Assembly: GCF_000320405.1 (NCBI RefSeq)
Contig: NZ_KB291616.1
Span: 16,833-80,832 of the forward strand
Reading direction: 5' to 3'
Source: Clostridium celatum DSM 1785
GTDB taxonomy: Bacteria > Bacillota > Clostridia > Clostridiales > Clostridiaceae
DNA: 64,000 nt
Part shown: positions 9,522-20,314 of the stretch, in pieces
How positions within the stretch are numbered: the stretch's first letter is position 1
Layout of the letters: every line of letters begins with the position of its first letter
Program-made: the position numbers and the translations under genes
The notes under the pieces: generated by a model
The model's database searches: none
Told to the model about the DNA's origin: nothing
Seen by the model: the letters and a program-made list of their open reading frames with translations, nothing else

Positions 9522-12500
9522 ATGGATAAGGATGAAAGAACAACTTATCAAAAGGCTTTTGGGTATGGATATGAAGATTTAAAGACTAATATATATGAAA
9601 TGGCTCAAAATATGCACGAACCAATGGCAGCCATGGGAATTGATACACCACTTGCAGTATTATCTTTAAAAGATCAACCACTATTTAATTATTTTAAACA
9701 GTTATTTGCTCAAGTAACTAATCCTCCAATAGATGCAATAAGAGAAGAAATCGTAACATCTACTAATGTTTATTTAGGTTCTAAAGGAAATATGTTAGAT
9801 GATTGTCCTGAAAGTTGTAGACAAATAGAAATAGTAAATCCAATTATTAATAATAAAGATTTAGTTAAAATAAAATCATTAGATGGACAAGGCTATAAAA
9901 TAAAGACATTAGATATTACTTTTGATAGAACTAAAAAAAATAGTTTAGAAATATCACTAAAATATTTATGTAGAGAAGCACTTCAACTTATTAATGAAGG
10001 AGCAAATGTATTAGTATTATCAGATAGATTTGTTGATGAAGCTAATGTTCCAATACCATCATTATTAGCTGTTGCAGCAGTAAATAATTATTTAATAAAA
10101 AAAGGTGTTAGAAGCTTAGCAGACATTATTATAGAAACTGGAGAACCAAGAGAAGTTCATCACTTTGCAACACTTTTAGGTTATGGTGCTACAGCTGTTA
10201 ATCCATATTTAGCCTATGAATGTATTCATGAAATGGTTGAAGACGGAATTATAACAATTCCATATGAAGAAGCAACAAATAATTATGATAAAGCTATTGT
10301 TAAAGGTATAACTAAGATTCTTTCTAAAATGGGTATTTCAACTATTAGATCATACCAAGGAGCTCAAATATTTGAAGCTTTAGGTATAGATAAGAGTTTA
10401 ATAGATAAATATTTTACAAATACAATTAGTAGAATTGGCGGATTAAACTTACAGGATATAGAAAAAGAAGCATTATCTAAGCATGATAAGGCTTATAATA
10501 AGAGATATAAACAACTAAACTTCCAATTAGATAATTTCGGTAGAGATAAATTAAGAAGTGCAGGTGAAAAACATCTTTACAATCCTGTAACTATTTATAT
10601 GTTACAACAAGCAACAAGAACAGGTGACTATAAAAAGTTTAAGGAATATACTTCATTGATAAATAAAGAAGAGGAAGGCTTAACTTTAAGAGGATTACTT
10701 GATTTTGAATTTACGGAAAATCCTATTCCATTAGAAGAAGTAGAACCAGTATCTTCAATTGTAAAAAGATTTAAGACAGGTGCAATGTCTTATGGTTCAA
10801 TTTCAAAGGAAGCTCATGAAACTCTTGCTATAGCAATGAATAGATTAGGTGGTAAATCTAATACAGGAGAAGGTGGAGAAGATAGAGAAAGATGGATTCC
10901 ACTTGAAAATGGAGATTCTAAGAGATCTAAAATAAAGCAAATAGCATCAGGTAGATTTGGTGTTACTTCAGAGTATCTAGTTAATGCAGATGAATTACAA
11001 ATAAAAATGGCTCAAGGGGCAAAACCAGGAGAAGGTGGACAACTTCCAGCAAATAAGGTATATCCATGGATTGCAAAAACAAGGCATTCAACAACTGCTG
11101 TTGGTCTTATTTCTCCACCACCTCATCATGATATTTACTCAATAGAGGACTTAGCTCAGCTTATATATGATTTAAAAAATTCTAATATATATGCAGATGT
11201 TTCTGTAAAGCTAGCTTCAGAGGCAGGAGTTGGAACTGTTGCAGCTGGTGTTGCTAAGGCTGGTGCTGATGTAATTTTAGTAGCTGGTTATGATGGTGGT
11301 ACTGGAGCATCTCCTAAAACTTCTATTCAACATGCAGGATTACCATGGGAATTAGGTCTTGCAGAAACTCATCAGACTCTTGTTATGAATAACTTAAGAG
11401 ATAGAGTTAGAGTTGAAACTGATGGTAAGCTTATGACAGGTAGAGATGTTGCAATAGCAGCATTACTTGGAGCAGAAGAGTTTGGATTTGCAACTGCCCC
11501 ACTTGTAACGTTAGGTTGTGTAATGATGAGAGTGTGTAATTTGGATACATGTCCAGTTGGTATTGCAACTCAAAATGAAGAACTTAGAAAGAGATTTACA
11601 GGAAAACCAGAGTATGTAGTAAACTTTATGGAGTTTATTGCTAGAGAATTAAGAGAGTATATGGCTAAGCTTGGATTTAGAAGTTTAGATGAAATGGTTG
11701 GTAGAGTAGATAAATTAAAGAAGAAAGAAACGCTTAATAATTGGAAGGCTGAAAGAATCGATTTATCATTAGTATTAGATAAAACTCAAGTTAATTCAGA
11801 AAATGGAGTTAAATTTAATACTAATAATAAGTATAATCATAAGCTTAATGAAGTTAAAGATTCAATAATGCTTTTAGATCTGGCAAAACCAGCCTTAGAT
11901 AATAAGGAAAAAGTAAAAATAGAGCTTGAAATCCATAATACAGATAGAACTTTTGGAACCATCTTAGGTTCTGAAATTACTAGAAGATATAAAGAAGAAG
12001 GATTAGAAGAAGATACTATTTGGATTAAAGGCATAGGAGCTGCAGGACAAAGTTTTGGAGCATTTATACCTAGTGGTTTAACTTTAGAAGTTGAAGGTGA
12101 TGGTAATGATTACGTTGGTAAAGGATTATCAGGTGGTAAGATAGTTGTATATCCGCCTAAAAATAGTAAAATAATTGCATCAGAAAATATAATTGTTGGT
12201 AATGTTGCATTATATGGAGCTACATCAGGTAAAGCATTCTTTAATGGCATTGTAGGAGAAAGATTCTGTGTAAGAAATTCAGGAGCAATTGCTGTAAATG
12301 AAGGATGTGGAGCTCATGGTTGTGAATATATGACAGGGGGAAAAGCTGTTATATTAGGAGAAACAGGAGTAAATTTTGCCGCAGGTATGAGTGGTGGAAT
12401 TGCTTATGTATTAGATGAAAATGAGAAGTTCAATTCTAGAGTAAACAAAGAAATGGTGATTATAGAAAAGCCAAATAATGAAGATATTGAGTTTTTAAAA

Positions 12501-12713
12501 GATATAATTACAGAACATTATACTCTTACAAATTCATTAAAAGCTAAAACTATTTTAGATGATTTTGATTTATATATAACTAAATTTAAGAAGGTAATAC
12601 CTAAAGACTATAAGGAAGTTTTAGAACTTGTTAAAATAAATGAAGAAAAAGGTTTTACTAGAGATGAAGCTTTAGTTAATGCCTTTTATGAAAAGACAAG
12701 AAAGGTAATGTAA
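9522..12713 (+). CDS. gltB: Glutamate synthase large subunit, central, FMN-binding and C-terminal GXGXG domains. Continues in the same frame as 8145..9458 after the TAG.
   Basis: The FMN/TIM-barrel region and the C-terminal repeat GXGXG domain ([25 protein letters not shown]) are recognisable. No SD before ATG 9522. Same reading frame as the upstream fragment. Confidence 0.85.
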   Translation: MDKDERTTYQKAFGYGYEDLKTNIYEMAQNMHEPMAAMGIDTPLAVLSLKDQPLFNYFKQLFAQVTNPPIDAIREEIVTSTNVYLGSKGNMLDDCPESCRQIEIVNPIINNKDLVKIKSLDGQGYKIKTLDITFDRTKKNSLEISLKYLCREALQLINEGANVLVLSDRFVDEANVPIPSLLAVAAVNNYLIKKGVRSLADIIIETGEPREVHHFATLLGYGATAVNPYLAYECIHEMVEDGIITIPYEEATNNYDKAIVKGITKILSKMGISTIRSYQGAQIFEALGIDKSLIDKYFTNTISRIGGLNLQDIEKEALSKHDKAYNKRYKQLNFQLDNFGRDKLRSAGEKHLYNPVTIYMLQQATRTGDYKKFKEYTSLINKEEEGLTLRGLLDFEFTENPIPLEEVEPVSSIVKRFKTGAMSYGSISKEAHETLAIAMNRLGGKSNTGEGGEDRERWIPLENGDSKRSKIKQIASGRFGVTSEYLVNADELQIKMAQGAKPGEGGQLPANKVYPWIAKTRHSTTAVGLISPPPHHDIYSIEDLAQLIYDLKNSNIYADVSVKLASEAGVGTVAAGVAKAGADVILVAGYDGGTGASPKTSIQHAGLPWELGLAETHQTLVMNNLRDRVRVETDGKLMTGRDVAIAALLGAEEFGFATAPLVTLGCVMMRVCNLDTCPVGIATQNEELRKRFTGKPEYVVNFMEFIARELREYMAKLGFRSLDEMVGRVDKLKKKETLNNWKAERIDLSLVLDKTQVNSENGVKFNTNNKYNHKLNEVKDSIMLLDLAKPALDNKEKVKIELEIHNTDRTFGTILGSEITRRYKEEGLEEDTIWIKGIGAAGQSFGAFIPSGLTLEVEGDGNDYVGKGLSGGKIVVYPPKNSKIIASENIIVGNVALYGATSGKAFFNGIVGERFCVRNSGAIAVNEGCGAHGCEYMTGGKAVILGETGVNFAAGMSGGIAYVLDENEKFNSRVNKEMVIIEKPNNEDIEFLKDIITEHYTLTNSLKAKTILDDFDLYITKFKKVIPKDYKEVLELVKINEEKGFTRDEALVNAFYEKTRKVM

Positions 12714-12725
12714 GGAGGTATTATC

Positions 12726-14195
12726 ATGGGAAAAGCAACAGGTTTTATGGAATTTAGTAGAAAAAATTGTAGTAGAGAGGATGCACTAAATAGAATAAAT
12801 CATTGGAATGAATTTGATACACCTCTTAGCGAAGAAGAAAGAAGAAATCAAGGGGCAAGATGTATGGACTGTGGAGTCCCATTTTGCCAATCTGGAATTA
12901 TGTTAAATGGAATGGCAACAGGTTGTCCACTTCACAACCTTATTCCAGAATGGAACAATTTTATATACTTAGGAAAATGGGAACTTGGATTGGAAAGACT
13001 TTTAAAAACTAGTAACTTCCCAGAATTTACTTCAAGAGTATGTCCGGCATTATGTGAAAATGCTTGCACCTGTGGACTGCATGGACAATCAGTTACTGTG
13101 AAAGCTAATGAAAAATATTTAATAGAAAAAGGATTTAGTGAAGGTCTAATTAAAGCAAATCCACCTGAAGTAAGAACAGGAAAAAAAGTTGCAATAATTG
13201 GATCAGGCCCTTCAGGACTTGCAGCTGCTGACTTTTTAAATAAATTAGGTCATAGTGTTACTGTATATGAAAGAGAAGACCATGTGGGTGGACTAATGAT
13301 GTATGGTATACCAAATATGAAGCTTGAAAAGAGTGTTATAGAAAGAAGAGTTAATATACTTAAAGAGGAAGGAATAACATTTAAAACTTGTGTTAATGTT
13401 GGTATTGATGTTACTTTTAATGAACTAGACATAGAGTATGATGCAATTGTAGTTACTATAGGTGCATCTAAACCTAGAGATCTAAAGGTGCCAGGTAGAG
13501 AATTAAATGGTATTCATTTTGCAGTAAAATATCTAACTAACAATACAAAGAGAGTTATTGGTTCAAATTTTAATAAAGGTGAAGATATTTTAGCAACTAA
13601 TAAAGATGTAATAGTAATTGGTGGTGGAGATACAGGAACTGATTGTGTTGGTACAGCTCTTAGACAAGGATGTAAGTCTGTAAATCAATTTGAAATAATG
13701 GGAGAACCTTCAAAAAAAAGAAGTGAAAATAACCCTTGGCCAGAATATGCAAAGATATTAAAGGTTGATTATGGTCAAGAAGAATATATTGCAAAATTTG
13801 GCCATGATCCAAGAAGATATTTAACAAGTGTTAAAGAATTTTTTGGTGATGAACATGGAAATATTAAATCTCTTAAAACTGTTGATGTACAATGGGTTAA
13901 AGATGAAAATGGAAGAATGAATCTTAAGGAAATTGAAGGTTCAGAAAAAGTTTGGAATGCAGATTTAGTCTTAATAGCTATGGGGTTTACTGGAGTTGAA
14001 GATTATATAGCTAAAGATTTAGGAGTTGAGTTAACTGCTAGGGGAAGTATTAATGCAAATGATATAGATTATAAAACATCTAAATCTAAGGTATTTACTG
14101 CAGGAGATGCAAGAAGAGGTCCTTCGCTAGTTGTTTGGGGAATTACTGAGGGAAGAAATGTTGCATTAGCTGTTGATAAGTATTTAATGGGTTAA
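12726..14195 (+). CDS. gltD: Glutamate synthase small subunit (NADPH-dependent, GltD)
   Basis: N-terminal Cys cluster (CMDCGVPFCQ, CPLHNLIPEWN). FAD/NAD Rossmann motif IIGSGPSGLAAA. 489 aa. Confidence 0.9.
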   Translation: MGKATGFMEFSRKNCSREDALNRINHWNEFDTPLSEEERRNQGARCMDCGVPFCQSGIMLNGMATGCPLHNLIPEWNNFIYLGKWELGLERLLKTSNFPEFTSRVCPALCENACTCGLHGQSVTVKANEKYLIEKGFSEGLIKANPPEVRTGKKVAIIGSGPSGLAAADFLNKLGHSVTVYEREDHVGGLMMYGIPNMKLEKSVIERRVNILKEEGITFKTCVNVGIDVTFNELDIEYDAIVVTIGASKPRDLKVPGRELNGIHFAVKYLTNNTKRVIGSNFNKGEDILATNKDVIVIGGGDTGTDCVGTALRQGCKSVNQFEIMGEPSKKRSENNPWPEYAKILKVDYGQEEYIAKFGHDPRRYLTSVKEFFGDEHGNIKSLKTVDVQWVKDENGRMNLKEIEGSEKVWNADLVLIAMGFTGVEDYIAKDLGVELTARGSINANDIDYKTSKSKVFTAGDARRGPSLVVWGITEGRNVALAVDKYLMG

Positions 14196-14260
14196 AATAT
14201 ATTTTAGTATAAATATAAGCATTAAATTTATTTTTTAGTAAAATAAGCATAATACAGATA

Positions 14261-14310
14261 ATAACGAAGTTATTCCTAATAAATTAAGTGATAACTTCGT
14301 TATTTTTTAT
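14261..14310 (+). terminator. Rho-independent terminator after gltD
   Basis: Stem ATAACGAAGTTAT / ATAACTTCGTTAT followed by TTTTTT. Confidence 0.6.
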
Positions 14311-14432
14311 CCTAATAAAAATTTTAAATAAACAAAAGAAATTCTTGAATTGGAGTTAACTCTAAGTGTTATTGTATATGTAAGGAAATATATAATAAAA
14401 TTAAAGTTAAAGAATATTAAGGAGTGTTGTAA

Positions 14433-14816
14433 ATGACAATAACAGAAGTAAGTAAAAAGTATGAATTATCTACAGATACATTACGTTATTATGAAAGAAT
14501 TGGATTAATTCCACCAGTTAATCGTAATAAAAGTGGAAATAGAGATTATACAGAAACTGATTGTAAATGGGTAAATTTTATAAAATGCATGAGAAACGCA
14601 GGACTTTCTATTGAAATTCTTATTGAATATGTAACTTTGTTCCAACAAGGAAATGATACTATAGCTTCAAGAAAGCAATTATTATTTGAACAAAGAAAAC
14701 AAATTGTTGAAAAATTTGAAGAATTACAGAGTACGCTTAATTATTTAGATAAAAAGATAGATAGATATGATGAACTTATGCTAAAGTGTGAGGACGAATT
14801 AAAAAATAATAAATAA
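14433..14816 (+). CDS. MerR family transcriptional regulator
   Basis: N-terminal HTH ITEVSKKYELSTDTLRYYERIGLIPP is typical of MerR. C-terminal coiled coil. Confidence 0.8.
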   Translation: MTITEVSKKYELSTDTLRYYERIGLIPPVNRNKSGNRDYTETDCKWVNFIKCMRNAGLSIEILIEYVTLFQQGNDTIASRKQLLFEQRKQIVEKFEELQSTLNYLDKKIDRYDELMLKCEDELKNNK

Positions 14817-14882
14817 CTATGCTTTTTATTAGTAACAACATATTATAGCTTTTCATAATATAAATCAAAGGAGATGAATATT

Positions 14883-15740
14883 ATGTTATCTATACAAAAG
14901 AAGATTAGCTCTTATAACTTTTCAAGTAGAAATAGTAATAGCATTAAATATATAGTTCTTCATTATACTGCCAATAAAGGAGATACAGCTAAAAATAATG
15001 TTGACTATTTCTATAATGGAGATAGACAAGCTAGTGCACATTATTTTGTAGATGATACGTCTATATGGCAATCAGTAGAAGATTCAAATGCTGCATGGTC
15101 TGTTGGTGATGGTAATGAAGTATATGGGATCACTAATCAAAACTCAATTTCTATTGAAATGTGTTGTAATTTAAGTGGTATAGTTTCAAGTACAACAGAA
15201 AGTAATGCCATTGAATTAGTTAAATATTTACAAGGTAAATATAATATTTCTAATAGTAATGTAGTAAGACATTACGATGCAAGTAGAAAAATATGTCCAA
15301 ATTGGTCAGAGAATAATTGGAGTAGATGGATAAACTTTAAAAATAAATTAACAATTACAGAAAATGTAGAAAAGGAGCTGAACTATAGTATGTATATTTT
15401 CTCTGCAAATTGGTATTTGAAAAAATACTCTGATGTAGCTAATAGTGCTACCTATAAGAGTAATCCATATAAACACTATGTAGACTATGGTAAGAAAGAA
15501 GGCAGAAAACCACTTCCACCTATTCCAGTAGAATATAATGAGGGAGCTTATCTTGAACTAAATAAAGATGTAGCAAAAGCAGTAGAAAAGGGGAGCTTTG
15601 TATCAGGAATAGATCATTATATGCAATATGGTTTTTGTGAAAATAGGAAAGTGTGCAATGAAGATAGTTATGAATCAATAAAAAAAAGAGTAGAGGAGCT
15701 TAAATTAAAATTAGAAGAAATAAAAAAAATAGTCGAATAA
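14883..15740 (+). CDS. N-acetylmuramoyl-L-alanine amidase (Amidase_2/PGRP domain) with a C-terminal coiled-coil tail
   Basis: IVLHYTANKGDTAKNNVDYFYNG...AHYFVDD is the Amidase_2 signature. ATG 14883 with AAAGGAG 9 nt upstream. The ORF track starts at 14874. Confidence 0.75.
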   Translation: MLSIQKKISSYNFSSRNSNSIKYIVLHYTANKGDTAKNNVDYFYNGDRQASAHYFVDDTSIWQSVEDSNAAWSVGDGNEVYGITNQNSISIEMCCNLSGIVSSTTESNAIELVKYLQGKYNISNSNVVRHYDASRKICPNWSENNWSRWINFKNKLTITENVEKELNYSMYIFSANWYLKKYSDVANSATYKSNPYKHYVDYGKKEGRKPLPPIPVEYNEGAYLELNKDVAKAVEKGSFVSGIDHYMQYGFCENRKVCNEDSYESIKKRVEELKLKLEEIKKIVE

Positions 15741-16043
15741 GTTATAGTGAATTTTATCTAAATCTATATTTGTAAAAATATGATGGATATTTTATAAAAA
15801 TAAATTATATAAGTTAATATAATAAAAGTTCATGGCAAGAGTATTTAGTCTTACTATGGGCTTCTTATTTTATAATCTATACTATGAAAAAAGTTTAAAA
15901 AGAAAGTAACTTGTATAAAACTAATATTATATTAAAAAATAAAAAGTATAATAACACTTTATTAAAAAATATAATGTAGAAATGATAAAATTTTCACTAA
16001 ACTAGAAAAATATATAATGAATTTATAAAAATTGGAGAAATTG

Positions 16044-16072
16044 TTTACAAAGCAACGTTTACATAGTAGAAT
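16044..16072 (+). promoter_or_regulatory. Candidate sigma-A promoter (TTTACA, 17-nt spacer, TAGAAT) upstream of a short terminated transcript
   Basis: Hexamers and spacing seen in the sequence. About 50 nt upstream of the strong hairpin at 16123. Confidence 0.3.
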
Positions 16073-16122
16073 GATTTTGTAATATTTGAAAAGGCATGTA
16101 ACCAAAGAAAATTTTGGGCATT

Positions 16123-16176
16123 AGCCATAACAAAATTATGCGTAATAGCATATTTTTGTTATGGCTTTTTTTATAC
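16123..16176 (+). terminator. Strong rho-independent terminator-like hairpin (13-bp perfect stem AGCCATAACAAAA / TTTTGTTATGGCT plus T7) about 60 nt upstream of the GH84 gene start
   Basis: Seen in the sequence. The T-run follows on the + strand only. Confidence 0.55.
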
Positions 16177-16235
16177 AAAAAGCCGGATTAAGTATTAAAA
16201 TCATAAAAGCTAATTATTAGAAAGAGGGATAAGAA

Positions 16236-19200
16236 ATGAAAAGAACAAAATTAAATTCTATTTTAGCCAAAGTAGTTACAACATCATTCATATTTACTAT
16301 TTTACCAACTAATGCATTTGCAGATGTTGTTAATACTGAAAAAGAGATAGTAAAGCTACAAGTATCTATGCCAACTATAAGTCCTACACCTCATAATGTT
16401 GAAGCTTCAGGAGAAGGATTTGTTATTACAGAAAAGGTAAATATAATTGGACAAGATCAAGCTGATGAAGATGCTATAAGAGAATTAGTTCAAGCATTGA
16501 AAGAGTTAGGTATAGAAATTAATAATGATTTCGATGAAAATTCAGCTACAATAATAATTGGAGAAGATGATGATAATATTGAGGAAATGGATACTTTCCT
16601 TACAAGTATTGGCAAGGAAGGTGCAGAATCAATAGATGTTAATGAAGGTTATGTACTTGCATCTAAACAAGATGAAGATGGAAAAATAACAATTGCTATA
16701 GAAGGAACAGATGAAGTTGGTACTTACTATGGAGTAAAAACTTTAAAACAATTATTAATAGAAGAAAATGATAAAAATGTTGTGCCAGAGGTTTATGTAA
16801 ATGATTATCCAAGTCAACATATTAGAGCTATAGTTGAAGGATTCTACGGAAATCCATGGACTCATGAAGATAGATTAGATCAATTTAAATTTTATGGTGA
16901 AAATAAATTAAACATGTATATATATGCTCCAAAAGATGATCCATATCACAGAGATCAATGGAGAGAACCATATCCAGCAGAAGAAATGGAGAGAATGCAA
17001 GAGCTTATAAATACAGCAGCTGAAAATAAAGTTGATTTTGTATTTGCAATTTCACCAGGTAAGGACATAGATATAAATTCAGAAGAAGATTATCAAGCAC
17101 TTGTAAATAAATGTGAATCACTATATGACATGGGTGTTAGAAGCTTTGCTATTCTTTGGGATGATATATTCACAGATGATGGAGAAGGACAAGCTGCTAT
17201 AATGAATAGATTTAATGCAGAATTTGTTAAAACTAAAGAAGGGGTTAAGCCACTAATAACAGTTCCAACTCAATATTGGGGAGCATCAATGTATAATGAT
17301 GGTGAGGTTAAACCATATACTAAGGGATTTGCTGAAAACTTAGATAAAGATATCGAAGTTATGTGGACTGGTGAATGGGTTATGTCAGAATCAGTAACAG
17401 CAGAGGAAGCACAAAAGGTAAATAATCTTTACGGAAGAGATATGCTTTTATGGTGGAACTATCCGGTAAATGACTATAATGTTAATAAGTTAGCTTTAGG
17501 ACCAATATATAATTTAGGAAATGATTTAGCTGATTATATGGGTGGAGTTGTAATGAACCCAATGGAATTTGCTGAAGCATCAAAAATAACACTTCATACA
17601 GGTGCAGATTATTCTTGGAATACAGAAGCATATGACTATAATAAAGCATGGGATAATGCAATTGCTGATATAGTTGGAGAAGAATTAAAAGAAAGCTTTA
17701 AAGTATTTGCTGATCATACTACAAGACTTGATACAGGTAGAGCAGATGCACCAGAAATGAGAGCTACAATGGATTCATTCTGGCAAAAGGTTGATAATAA
17801 ACAAATTCCAGCAGAAGAATTAGAAATTTTAAAAGGTAACTTTGAAACAATAAAATCAGCTGTAGCAGATACACAATCAAAGTTACATCAAGCAATGTTA
17901 GATGAAGTTGCACCACAACTACAAAAGCTTACTGATTATGCAGAAGCAGCAACTACTGCAGCTGATATGGTTATAGCAATGTTAAATGGTGATAGTAAAT
18001 TATGGTGGGATTTAAAAACAGAACTTTCAGGACAAATAGATGTTTTAAATGCATCAAAGGCAGTTATTTCAGATACTGTATTAGATGATTTTGTTAAGCA
18101 AGCAAATTCAAAAACAGACGTTATGTACTTTGAAGGTGTATTAAAAGATGAGGTTAAAACTTATACGTATTCAGGAACTGTATCTGATAATATTTCACCA
18201 TTAAAGTATGAAGAATGGTATAATGGAAAATCTCCATATGAAGTTGCTAATATGTTTGATGGTGATTTAACTACAGCATATAGATCTGCTGCAAATGTTA
18301 CAGCTGGAGATGAAATAGTTGTAGACTTAGGACAAGTTGAAAACTTGAATAATATTTATATGTTAATGGGAAGAACATCTCATGATACTGAAATTATGAA
18401 TGGAAATATTCAAATTTCAGTAGATGGAGTTCAATGGAAAACAGTATTAGAAAATAATTCATTTAGAGAAGTATTTATTGGAGATTTAAATGAAAGTGTT
18501 AGATATATTAAGTATGTAGCAACAGAAGATCAAGAAAATAGAGTATATGTTAGAGAGTTTATGGTAAATAAAAATACTATAAGTGGAATTAGAACTAACG
18601 TAGAAGGTAACTTTGAATATAATAAAATCTTAGATGAAAGAAATGAAGTTAATTCAGTAGTTAATACAGAAAAAGTAGCTTTAAAAGTGGGAGATACTAT
18701 AGGATTAGAACTTCCAGAATATAAATATATAACTGAAGTAAATATTAACAGTGCTGTTACAGGAAAAGTTGAATATACAATCAACGGAATGGATTGGTTT
18801 GTATTAGGAGAAGTAGCTGGAGAAACTACTTTATCTTTAGAAAAACCACAAGTTGTTAAGCAAGTAAGATTTGTTTCTACTGAAGAAAAATCTACTAAAA
18901 ACTTTGCAATAGATGTAGTGATAGAAGGAAGAGCAGAACAATCAGTTACAACAAATAGAAATGGTAGTGGAAATTACAAGGATTTAAATGCAATTGTTGA
19001 TGGAGATCTTGACTCAAGCTTTATTTCAGCAAGTGCTTTAAAGGCGGGAGATTATTTTACATTAGATCTTGGAGAAATAACTAATGTAAGAAATATTCAA
19101 TTCATTGGAGATAGAAGCTACGGTGCAGATAGAATAAGAGAAGGTAAGCTTGAATACTCTTTAGATGGTGAAAACTGGACAGAACTTTATAATGGAAAAG

Positions 19201-20156
19201 TATCTGAAGAGTTTAGAATGTTTGATTTAGATTTTAATGCAAAATATATAAGAATGACTGCAACTGCAGGAACTGATGCATGGCTTAGAGTATCTGATTT
19301 CTCAGTAAACTCTCCAGAAGCTGAAGTTGTATTTGAATCAACTGTTAAACCAGTAGATGATAATCATAGATTAAACAATTTAATGGATGAAAATATTCAA
19401 ACTTCATATATTCCAAGTACTGAAGTTAATAGTGGGGATAAGGTAGTTTACAATATATTTGATGGAGCATTAGTTAATAAAGTTGAAATATTCCAAAATG
19501 AAAGTACAATTTCTAATGCAAAAGTTATTGCAAGAACTTCTGATGATAGAAGAATCGAGCTTGGTATTTTAGATAAAGGTTACAATATGTTTGCTATGGA
19601 AAAGCCAGAAGATATTATTTCTATAACTTTAGAATTCCAAGATGGTTCTGGTACACCAGAAATATATGAAATAGTAACTGAAAACTTTACATTAGAAGCT
19701 ATTAGAGAAATTGCAAAAAATACTTTAGAAGAAGCAAAAGAGTTATTAGCAAATACTGAAGGTAAATCAGAAGAAGTTATAAATGTATTAAAATCAGCTA
19801 CTACTGAGGTTGAAAATGCTTTAATAGATGGTGCTTCTAGAGAAGAACTATTTAAGCTAAATAAACAATTAGAAAATGCTATTAAGGTATATGTAGATTA
19901 TACTGAAGGGGAAAACCCTGAAGAAACTCCAGGAGAGAATCCAGATGTTAAACCAGAAGAAAAACCTGAAGTGAAGCCAGAAGAAAAACCTGAAGCAAAA
20001 CCTGAAGTTAAACCAGAGGTTAAGCCAGAAGCAAAACCAGAAAATAAACCAGGAAAGCTTCCTCAAACAGGAAATCCAGCAGGCGTTGTAGGATTACTTG
20101 TAGGTATGACATCTTTAATTGGTGGAGCATTCTCATTAAAGAAGAAGAGAAAATAA
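16236..20156 (+). CDS. Cell-wall-anchored family GH84 beta-N-acetylglucosaminidase/hyaluronoglucosaminidase (NagH/NagJ-like) with F5/8 type C (CBM32-like) domains, a Pro-rich KPE linker and an LPXTG sortase signal
   Basis: Signal peptide present. GH84 catalytic region YGNPWTHEDRLDQFKFYGENKLNMYIYAPKDDPYH...ILWDDI, with the DD catalytic pair. Repeated discoidin-like modules. C-terminal LPQTGN, a hydrophobic stretch and KKKRK. Confidence 0.85.
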   Translation: MKRTKLNSILAKVVTTSFIFTILPTNAFADVVNTEKEIVKLQVSMPTISPTPHNVEASGEGFVITEKVNIIGQDQADEDAIRELVQALKELGIEINNDFDENSATIIIGEDDDNIEEMDTFLTSIGKEGAESIDVNEGYVLASKQDEDGKITIAIEGTDEVGTYYGVKTLKQLLIEENDKNVVPEVYVNDYPSQHIRAIVEGFYGNPWTHEDRLDQFKFYGENKLNMYIYAPKDDPYHRDQWREPYPAEEMERMQELINTAAENKVDFVFAISPGKDIDINSEEDYQALVNKCESLYDMGVRSFAILWDDIFTDDGEGQAAIMNRFNAEFVKTKEGVKPLITVPTQYWGASMYNDGEVKPYTKGFAENLDKDIEVMWTGEWVMSESVTAEEAQKVNNLYGRDMLLWWNYPVNDYNVNKLALGPIYNLGNDLADYMGGVVMNPMEFAEASKITLHTGADYSWNTEAYDYNKAWDNAIADIVGEELKESFKVFADHTTRLDTGRADAPEMRATMDSFWQKVDNKQIPAEELEILKGNFETIKSAVADTQSKLHQAMLDEVAPQLQKLTDYAEAATTAADMVIAMLNGDSKLWWDLKTELSGQIDVLNASKAVISDTVLDDFVKQANSKTDVMYFEGVLKDEVKTYTYSGTVSDNISPLKYEEWYNGKSPYEVANMFDGDLTTAYRSAANVTAGDEIVVDLGQVENLNNIYMLMGRTSHDTEIMNGNIQISVDGVQWKTVLENNSFREVFIGDLNESVRYIKYVATEDQENRVYVREFMVNKNTISGIRTNVEGNFEYNKILDERNEVNSVVNTEKVALKVGDTIGLELPEYKYITEVNINSAVTGKVEYTINGMDWFVLGEVAGETTLSLEKPQVVKQVRFVSTEEKSTKNFAIDVVIEGRAEQSVTTNRNGSGNYKDLNAIVDGDLDSSFISASALKAGDYFTLDLGEITNVRNIQFIGDRSYGADRIREGKLEYSLDGENWTELYNGKVSEEFRMFDLDFNAKYIRMTATAGTDAWLRVSDFSVNSPEAEVVFESTVKPVDDNHRLNNLMDENIQTSYIPSTEVNSGDKVVYNIFDGALVNKVEIFQNESTISNAKVIARTSDDRRIELGILDKGYNMFAMEKPEDIISITLEFQDGSGTPEIYEIVTENFTLEAIREIAKNTLEEAKELLANTEGKSEEVINVLKSATTEVENALIDGASREELFKLNKQLENAIKVYVDYTEGENPEETPGENPDVKPEEKPEVKPEEKPEAKPEVKPEVKPEAKPENKPGKLPQTGNPAGVVGLLVGMTSLIGGAFSLKKKRK
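19918..20052 (+). repeat. Tandem (E/A/V)KPE-encoding short repeats forming the Pro-rich stalk of the GH84 protein
   Basis: Protein segment PEEKPEVKPEEKPEAKPEVKPEVKPEAKPENKP. The DNA shows direct 12-15 nt repeats. Confidence 0.6.
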
Positions 20157-20197
20157 TAAATAGATACTTATAGTATAAATATAATTTAGTATATAAG

Positions 20198-20230
20198 AAA
20201 AGTGGATTTTATTAGAATCCACTTTTTTTA
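20198..20230. terminator. Bidirectional terminator hairpin between the GH84 gene and the convergent Cys-rich gene
   Basis: AAAGTGGAT ... ATCCACTTT followed by TTTTTT. Confidence 0.55.
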
Positions 20231-20314
20231 TAATCTCAAATTATTAATTTAGAGATTATTTTAAGAAATTATTTTAGAGACTATTATAGAGATGGTTTTA
20301 TTTTTAATAAAATA

